From contig OX597814.1 of assembly GCA_951406725.2 (NCBI GenBank), forward strand, positions 58,590,001-58,654,000: 64,000 nt of DNA, written 5' to 3'. This document shows positions 54,384 through 64,000 of the stretch, one piece after another (positions within the stretch are counted from its first letter, which is position 1; each line of letters begins with the position of its first letter). The stretch is from Octopus vulgaris. Taxonomy: Eukaryota. A program made the position numbers and the translations under genes. Under the pieces are notes generated by a model. The model searched no databases. It worked only from the letters and a program-made list of their open reading frames with translations, and was not told the origin of the DNA.

Positions 54384-57300
54384 TGAGTAGTTTTATTTTT
54401 ATAGCGTGCTTTCACTTCACTACCGAGCGCAGCTCTGTGTGCCTTAGGTAGTGCTGTGATTTGTTGTGATGCTCTGATGGTTATTGTATGGAAAGTGTTC
54501 TTCGTAGGATGTGTGCAGTGCCTAGTAGTGCAATTTTCTGTATGTTATATGTGTTTGTAAGTCCTGGTGTTTTTGTTAGGTATTTGTCTGAATATTTTTT
54601 TATCACGCCTAATGCACCTACTATGATAGGAATTGTTTCTGTTTTTAGATTCCGCATTCTGGTTACCTCTATTTCCAGGTCTTTGTATTTTGAGAGTTTC
54701 TCCATTTCTTTTAGAGTCACGTTGTCATCTGCCGGTATTGATACATCAATTAGAAAGCATTTTTTTCTTCATGATCTCTGACAACTATATCTGGTCTGTT
54801 GGCCTTAATTTCTCTATCTGTGTGTATCGGCATATCCCAGAGTATGGTTGCTTTCTCGTTTTCTGTGACCTTATCTGGTGTGTGCCTATACCATCTTTTT
54901 TCTGTTGTTATTCCATAATGTTGGCATAGCTTCCAGTGTATGTAGGTTCCAACTCTGTCATGTCTGTGAGTATATTCCTTCTTAGCCAGGACTGGGCAGC
55001 TAGAGATAATATGATTTATTGTTTCTTGTCCATCTCCACATATTCTGCAGTTACTTGTTATATTTCTTTTCATCACATGTTTTTTGGTAATTTCTTGTGG
55101 GGAGGCTTTGGTCTTGTGCTGCAATTAGAAATCCCTCTGTCTCTGCTTTGAGTCCTGAGCTTCTCAACCATTGCTGGGATTTTTCTTTGTCTATTTCTTT
55201 TGCATTTAGTTTAGTCCAGTATTTACCATGAAAGGGCTTTTCTAGCCATCTTTTTATCATGGTTCATTGCTGTTCTATTTTTAGTTTGGATTTCATTTGT
55301 TTTATAGCTTTTGTTGTTTCTTCTTCTTCTTCTTCTTCTTCTTCTTCTTCTTCTTCTTCTTCTTCTTCTTCTTCTTCTTCTTCTTCTTCTTTTTCTTTTT
55401 TCTTCTTCTTCTTCTTCTTCTTCTTCTTCTTCTTCTTCTTCTTCTTTTTCTTTTTCTTCTTCTTTTTCTTTTTCTTCTTCTTCTTCTTCTTCTTCTTCTT
55501 CTTCTTCTTCTTCTTCATATTTATTAGGTGGTATGATTTCTTGTTTGCATTTGTCAGCTTCCTTAAATACTGAGAACAGTTTTTCGTTTTGCTCGTGTTT
55601 TGCCGATATTTGTATCAGTTTTCCTTCTTTCTGAAGTAGATATTTTTGCAGTGCTATGGTGGTTATTTTATAGTAGTTTTCCAGCTGTATAAGGCCTCTA
55701 CCACCTTCTATACGTTGTATATATAGTCTTTCTATGTCAGATTTTGGGTAATGCATCCTAGATCCTGTCATTATTTTTCTTGTTTTCCTGTCTATTTTGG
55801 TCAGTTCATTTCGTGTCCAGTTAAGGATATTGTGGCTGTAATTTATAACTGGTACAGCTAAAGTGTCAATACCTATTATCTTGTTTTTAGCATTGAGCTC
55901 TGTTTTTAGTATTGATCTAACTCGTCTATAATATTCTCTTTTTATTTTCTCTTTCATTTGTGTGTGTTGTGTCTTATCTAGTTCATGGTTTCCTAAGTAT
56001 TTGTAAGTTTGGCTTTGGTCTAATTCTTTTATTTCATTGGTTTTATCTAGTGTGATGTTGTTACTCTTGACTAGTTTTCCTCTTTTCATGGTTAATTTGG
56101 CGCATTTTTCTAATCCAAATTTCATATCTATTTCTTTGGTAAATCCATGAACTGTCTTTAATAGTGTTTCCAGCTGTTTGTCATTTGCAGCGTATAGTTT
56201 TAGCTCATCCATATATAAAAGGTGGCTGATCGTTTTGCCGTAACATTTATATCCGCATCCAGTTCTATTTAGCATATCAGATAGAGGTGACAGTGCCAAT
56301 CAGTAAAGGAGTCGAGAGAGCGTGTCTCCCTGGAATATTCCTCTTCTAATGGGGGTGGCTTTGGTTTTCATGAGTCCCTCTTTTGTTTGGAGGTGTAGGA
56401 CTGTTTGCCATTTATTCATAGAGTGCTCTATGAATTTTATAATTGTTGGTGCTACTTTGTTAATGGCTAGTGTTTCGAGGATCCATGTGTGTGGGATGCT
56501 ATCAAACGCCTTTTTGTAGTCGATCTAGGCCATACTGAGGCCTTTCTTCTTTCTGTGGTTGTCTTCAGTTATGGCTTTATTAATCATTAGTTGATCTTTA
56601 CAGCCATATGAGCCTTTGCGGCATCCTTTCTGCTCTTCTGGAAACAGGTTGTTTTCGTCCAGGTGCTTGTTCAACCTTTGCGATATCACTGCAGTAAATG
56701 CCTTGTACATTGTATGGAGACAGGTTATTGGTCTGTAGTTTTCGGCTTTGCTGTCTCGTTTGATTTGGGAATTAAGATGGTTTTTCCCCTTCGTGAGCCA
56801 TTCAGGCATTGTCTCTGGCTCTGCTAGTATGTTGTTAAAGTTTTCAGCCAGCTATTTGTGCATTCCTGTTTGATATTTCAACCAGAAGTTGGGGATCTTG
56901 TCATGCCCAGGTGCCTTCCAGTTGCTTAGTCTTTGCAGTGCCTGGGTGACCTCTTCAGTTGTTATGGGGGTCCAAAATTGCTCAGATGCTGAGTTTGTTG
57001 TTTTAATACATATTTTTCTTGTTGTTCTTTCGCCGACCATATTTCCCTCCAGAATTCTTCCAATTCTTCTGCCGTTGGTGCTGCAGTGATTTCTATTTTA
57101 TTTTTGCCCAGTTCTTGGTAGAACTTTTGGGGGTTGGAGTTGAACTTTTTGTTTTATTCAAAGAAGCGTTGGCGTTTCTCGTACCGGCGGATCCTTTGTG
57201 CTTTGGCAAGGGTATCTTGCTTCAGTTTTTCTTTTATCTCAGGTAAATATTTTTCTGTGATGTTATATTTGCGGAGTATTTTTGTTTTCTTTTTGTTGCT

Positions 57301-58641
57301 CAGTAGCGTTGATTGTCTACTGATTTCATTAAGAATCGACAGATCTTTTCTCATTTTCTGTATTTTGTTATTTATTCACAAGGTTTGTTTGGGCGGTGAT
57401 ACTCCTGTTTGGATGGGTTTGAGTGAGTATCCAGCTTCTTTTGTGGCTGCAGTGGCTGCTGCGTATACTAGGTCATTTAGCTCAGTGATATCGCTTTTTG
57501 GTTCAGTGGCTATTAGTTCCGTGACGGCTATGTTTATGCTGTTTATAATTGGTGTTGTTGTTTCGTCTATTTTGATTTTTGGGAGGTATGGTCGGTGGTT
57601 CATTTTGAGCTCTGTGGTTTTCAGTTCTTTTATTATTTTACTTTTTATATTATCATAATCATTAGGCTCCGCTTCGTTGTTTCCAGGTTTTAGATTTATG
57701 TCGCTTTCTTTCTTATTTATATGTTTGTTTGCCGTGTTTTGACTTGCTGTTTGTCGTGTATTATTATGCATCCTTACGGTGTGGGTTTGTTGTTTTTTGT
57801 TTACATCATGTTTGTTGGGAATGTTACGTTTGTCTTCGTGTTTTACCGTTTCAGTGTTTATATTATTGGGCATTGTTGTGAGGCTTCTATCTACATTTTC
57901 CTGGCGTATTTTTTTCTTTTAGATGTTCTATTTCTATTTCTGATATTTTTTGTGTTGAGAATGTATCTTCGTACGTTAGCTAGTTTATTAGGTTTCATTG
58001 CTGTATCCAAGTCTATATTTATGTTATTTTCCTTCCATATTTAATATGTATGTGTTGTGTTTTCATTTTTTGGGTAGAGCACTGCTGTGAAGTATGCGTG
58101 TAGGATAGAAATGTATTCCTCTCGTGTCCATTTATGTCTTTTGGGTTTTATTTGCGGGACATGAGGAACAACGTCCGGCCCATTATTTTGACGGTCGTCA
58201 TTTTCGTAGGGTACCGGTCCGTTCATTTCTGTTGTCACATTGTCTTGCACGTGTAGTTTTTCGTACATTTTGTGTTGTAAGTTTAAAGTACGTACATCCC
58301 GATTGTTATTCTTGGATTGAATAATATCGGTGGTATTTAATTTCTTCGTAGTTCCTTTGTACATGGTGTTTGGGGTCGGGGATGATCTGATGTTGATGGA
58401 TCGTAATGTACCACGCATGTTTACATGTGTTGTGTTAGAGGTGGAGATGATATCGAGTCAAAATACATCCTTTCGTTTCGAAAATAGTAATAAATTTCAA
58501 TGAGTACTACTTACTCGGATACAGTCCGATCCTTTGTTAGTAAATCTTTGGCTCCATACGATGTCCTTGTTTTCGATGTTTGTGGATAGATTTCGGAGGT
58601 CTGTTTTATCGTTCTTACACCATAAACGTCCCCCGGTGTCC
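54384..58641 (-). mobile_element. Dong/R4 train, element D2: apparently full-length (about 4.26 kb), same family as D1
   Basis: N-terminal RHKWTREEY..ILHAY (Myb-like); RT (56525-56809, 55223-56299); CRIC..ETINHIISSC; RHD; RPD; 3' UTR nearly identical to D1; the 5' end abuts (TAA)n at 58642. Confidence 0.92.
55318..55516. repeat. (TTC)n, i.e. (GAA)n expansion inside the D2 ORF
   Basis: About 200 bp here versus about 25 bp at the equivalent D1 site (about 52455-52478). Confidence 0.95.
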
Positions 58642-58746
<105 letters not shown>

Positions 58747-58754
58747 TATGTTTA

Positions 58755-61700
58755 ACTTTTGCTTTCTATTTCTACAAGTTGAATCCAAGTCTCACCCAGA
58801 GACCTCAAAAGACAAGTTAGAAGTTGAAGCTGTTGTTATGACTAGAGTGCCATATCTTTGGTTTTGCACAAATTAGTTTTATAGAGAATGTCTAAGAATA
58901 CATAAGAAAATTATAAGTTTGTTTTAAAATTTGAGATTACATAGATTGCATTTTACATAGGATATGGGCAGTTCCCATGGGCACCAATTTTGAAATTTTG
59001 GATTTCCTGGTAGCTAAACAACGATACGATCAGAATATTTTGCTACCATTCCTAGGGAAGCTATGACAACAGGTATTGCTTTAGTTTTGAGGTTCCACGT
59101 TTTGCCAGTTTCTGTTTCAAGCTCTCTATACTTGCTCGGTTTTTTGGTAGGTCTCGACAGATATACTTATGTCGATTTGGAGAGTCATAAGGACGAGGCG
59201 GCACGATTTTTGTCTTAAGTCATTCAAAATAATATCTGGCTTATTCGCATCTATCTGTCAGTGTGAACGGTGAAGTTCCAGAGGAGTGGGATGTAGTCAA
59301 TTTCAAGCAGTGGAAGTGGTTTGTGTTCCCACCAGTTTTTATCATAGGCAGTTCCAAATTTTTACAAATTACCCAGTGAATATATTGTGCAGCTCTGTCA
59401 TGTCTGTTGAGATACTCTGTAGGCGCAAGCAGACTGCATATAGAGACAATATGATCGATGGCTTCAATTTGTTGTTTACATACACAGGTTGGGCTACTGC
59501 CGTTCTTTAATATGATGGCCTGGTAGCCTCTTGAATGTAGGTATTGATCTTGGGCTGCTATGACAAACCCTTCTGTCTCTGATTTTAAGCCAGAAGATAC
59601 CAACAATTGACGAGTAAGAACTCTGTCAACATCGGCATTATTAGCTCTCTTTGGGTATTTGCCATTTACCAGTATGAATATCTAAGATAGCACTTTTAGC
59701 ACGGGTTTTCATACGCTTAACTCTTTTCTGTACTTGTTTCCAGTACGGCTAATTCTCGGATTTGTTGTATTTCGAATTCACTTAGATATTTCTTTCCTGT
59801 TTTGTTATTGAGTATGATGTTTTCTTGTTTTCATGCTTTAAGAGAAGTTTTAACATACAGTTATCAAAGTTTTTCAGTTAGGTGTTTAGGCTAATTGTGG
59901 TAATCTTTATTGTTAGTTCCAGTTGCAAAAGCCCACGTCATTCTCTTTTCTTGGTAGGTAAAGTCGTTCTATATCTGCCTTAGTGGGGTGCATTCTATGC
60001 ATTGTCAACAAGCTTTGCATTTTTCTGTCAAGATTACAGATTCCAGTAATTGGTCAGTTAATAATATTGAAACTGTAAGTCACGACTAGTATGGCTAAAG
60101 TATTGATCGCTTCGCTAGTGTTTCGTGCATTTCATCTCTGTCCCGAAGATTGCACTTGCCCTGCCATAAAATTCTTTTCTGATATTTTCCCTCACCATTG
60201 AATGCTTGATTCCATCACCTTTAAATACCCCTAGGTATTTGTAGCTTTCCGCTAATTCTAACTCCGTTATGACATTATGTCGGTCAAGATTAATGTTGGA
60301 TATTTCTATCATTTTCCCTTTGATAAATGTAGCTTTTGCAAATTTATCGAGGCCAAATTCTATCCTGATGTCATCACTGAACTGTTTTACAATTGCAAGT
60401 AAGCCCTGTGCTTACTGGCCATTTTTTGCCAAGAGAGATAAATGATCCTGTAAAAGTGATGATTCCTATTTTTATCAAAAAATTTATATTCATACTGCAT
60501 ATCATCATGCAATTTCGAGAAAGGTATTAAGGCTAGACAAAACAGGTGTGATGATAGAGAATCACCCTATAAAATGCCATATGAAATTCTTACATCTCCA
60601 GCATTGAGAGATTCATTGTCACTGTTCAAAGTCAGTGTGGTTCACCGTGATCTCATATTCACAGGTAAGAAGTTTCACAGAGTAGGTGCTATTTTATAAA
60701 TTTCCAGTCATTTCTTAATCCAGTTATGTGGTAGACTATCAAAAGCATTTTTATAGTCTATTCAGGCAATCGACAAGTTCTTGTGTTATTTGTGACAATC
60801 TTCCAATATCTTCTTATTGATGAGTAGCTGATGTTTGCAACCATAAGACCCACGTTTACATCCTTTTTACTCATTAGGGAATATGCCATTTTCTATTAAA
60901 AAACTATATTCAGTCAAGACACATGTTAATATTTTATACATTGCTTTTAAGCAGGTTATGGGTCTATAATTTTTTGGTTCATTTGTTTCTTCATTTTTTT
61001 GGAAGTAGGAATGTAACACCACTAACTAGCCAAGGGAGAATTGTACTAGGTTGTTGCAAAACATTGTTGTAAAGTTTTATTAGCATTTCATGACTCTCTG
61101 TGAAGACATTCGACCAGAAGTTAAGAATTTGATCTTTTCCTGGCGATTTCTTGATTACCTGAGAGCAGATCTTACATTCTCTACCTTGATACCTTCCCAT
61201 TTTTGCTTTTCTAAGGAGTCGAAGTCATTAGATATTCTATCAATCCAAGGGGCTTTTTATTGTTCGTATTTTCTTGTGGCCACATTTTATTCCAAAATTC
61301 CTGCACTTCTTTTGATGGGACAGACTTTATTGTAACTGATATTTTCCCTATCTTACTGTAAAAAAAATTGGGGTTATTTTTTAACATGTTGTTGCCCTTG
61401 AAGTATCTAGCGCACTTTTCATACCATGCTATGTGGGAAACTTTAGCACATATCTTTTGCTTGATAGTTTCTACTGTGGTATCGATGTCAAGTATGGGTT
61501 TCATATTATACTTTTTCTTTAATATTAGGGATTTTGTTGGCTTGATATTCTTGTCAACAGATTTATCTCCGGGCATATTTTCTTTGTGGTATTTTTAAAC
61601 TTATGAATTGTTCACCCTGTCTGTGTTAGTTCGAAGAAAATTGTTTCGTTACTGTTTTGCTTCGTTTATGACACATACTTTGATATGCGTGTATGTGTGT

Positions 61701-62051
61701 CCTGCAAATTTCACGTAGTTGTGTAACCATCGGGGTGTATGTGTAGTCCTATGTGTATTAAAATGTGTATATTATTGTATGTGTAATTAATCAATTTACT
61801 TACTTACTGTCTTGTTCCACTTATATTTTATAGTTTGTAAACTTCGTGATGTTGATATCGCATGTGTCTTCGCACAATTTTCTCTGAGACATCATGCATG
61901 GGAGAAACTGTGTTTTGTGTGGCAGTAAAATTTCGTTTTTTAGTGATTATTTTCGTTGAAAGGCCGTCTTCCACAGGTTCCTTTTTTCCCATTCCACCGA
62001 TGTTATTAGAATAGATTTGTTTTTGTATGGAGAGCCCGGTGTAGCACGTCC
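58755..62051 (-). mobile_element. Dong/R4 train, element E: older decayed copy of another family
   Basis: IKQKICAK..Y; KSPGKDQI.NFW; PWLVSGVTFLLPK; DYKNAFDSLPH; YKYLG; LVSSGLKSETEGFVIAAQDQ; IDHIVSIC..RHD; many stops. The 5' boundary (61600-62051) is uncertain. Confidence 0.8.
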
Positions 62052-62052
62052 A

Positions 62053-62512
<460 letters not shown>

Positions 62513-63938
62513 TTAGCATTGTAATTAGTAGCCCTGTAGAATTATTAGCATGGTATGCAAGATATAATAGTATCCTTTTTACATTAGGATTTCAGAAAAA
62601 GACAAGCTCAGAATCACCGTCACACTGGTGACGAGTGAAGTGATAAATTCAGTTACAGTGAATTACTGTAATCGGAAACCAATATGTTTAAAAATTATTA
62701 AAAAATTGATATAAAACTAGATTCAAGAAATATGTATGAGCTACATTATGAAATGTAAATGGATATTGTGTTTAGACTTGGACCACATCTCCAAGCTTTC
62801 ATATTTTGTAGACGCGAATATAATAACAAAATCTCCAAATCTGCGACAGTTTTGTTCCCGTGAGTTACAGATAGTGGATGTTCAACTGTATGAAAGAAAA
62901 GCACGATCATAATAATAACACAGAATGTGAGAAATGCATGAAAGAGAACAAAACACCGTTTAGCTTGTAAGATGTACTTTATTTACTGTTACATCTTAGT
63001 AAAAACTTAGGTCTTGTTTCTTAAACTTCCATTATCAAGTGAAATATTTCTTCACCCACATGTGTTTATTGTTCATGACATTGAAAATCAATACATGTAT
63101 AGACACAATTATGTATGTATGTATATATGTAATTATGTATGTATGTATGTATGTATGTATGTATGTATGTATGTATGAATGTATGTATGTATGCATATTT
63201 CAATATATAAATCTTTGTATGCGTATATATATATATTCATGAATATACATATATACACTTAAATATAAATTACACATATTTGTACATATACACATATAAG
63301 TACATCCATGCATACATAAAAACATCCAGTTATATATATATATATGTATATATATATGTGTGTGAATGCGTGTGTGTAATAAATATACTTGTGTATGTAT
63401 GTATGACTATACATACACACGTATATATATGTATACATGTGTGTGTGTGGGTGTGGGTGTGATTATATGTATATACACATTTTATACATATTATACATAT
63501 AGCATTTTGTTTACAATTGTAAGATAAAGTAACGTACATTCAAGGAGAAAATTTTTTTTTAAATTGAGGACACATGAAATGTTACATAGGATAAAAAAAA
63601 ATTAGAAATCATCGTTGAAATTCATCTTGTACAATGATTTCTCTTCTATACGCAGTAAACAAGATAAGGGATTTGGTGTGTTGTTCAGTGAACATTAGCT
63701 CCATCTTAGGTGGAATTACCAGCTCAAATTATTCAATATTTGTGTACAAAACTGATACTGAAAATGTTTTACAGATTCATCTCTTTTGAGTATGATTCAT
63801 ATTTTTGAAAATGTTACAGTAGTGTAAACGTGTACAGTTACATAGAATACGCAAGTACATACATGCCTACGCGTATGTATATACACATATATATGTATGC
63901 ATGTATGTATACGTGTACATATACATACATACAAATAT

Positions 63939-63983
<45 letters not shown>

Positions 63984-64000
63984 TCTTTAAATACCTGAAT

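Noticed and set aside
51626-57658. Plus-strand ORFs over elements D1 and D2
   Set aside because: They are antisense shadows of the retrotransposon ORF.

Overview
AT-rich, microsatellite-dense eukaryotic non-coding DNA. The tRNA-derived SINE families and repeat style point to an octopus or other coleoid cephalopod; this is an inference from repeat recognition, not a search result. I recognise no host gene exon. Most long ORFs in the track are translations of microsatellites or antisense frames of retroelements. The window holds the following mobile elements. (i) A 14-kb head-to-tail train (about 47.8-62.1 kb) of six Dong/R4-type non-LTR retrotransposons with restriction-like endonuclease (RLE), all on the minus strand and separated by (TAA)n arrays, plus one decayed full-length element on the plus strand (about 11.0-14.5 kb) that also ends in (TAA)n. 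(ii) Several Penelope-like (PLE) or retrozyme-type elements carrying type I hammerhead ribozyme motifs. These include a 356-bp terminally redundant non-coding unit with an apparently intact extended hammerhead (8787-9168) and a GIY-YIG element bracketed by 365-bp inverted, hammerhead-containing repeats (19.9-22.0 kb). (iii) Tc1/mariner, pogo/Tigger, Chapaev3-like and piggyBac-like fossils and MITEs. (iv) A CR1/L2-type 3' end, many SINEs and several long fold-back hairpins. Boundaries were read by eye and are approximate unless termini or target-site duplications are quoted.
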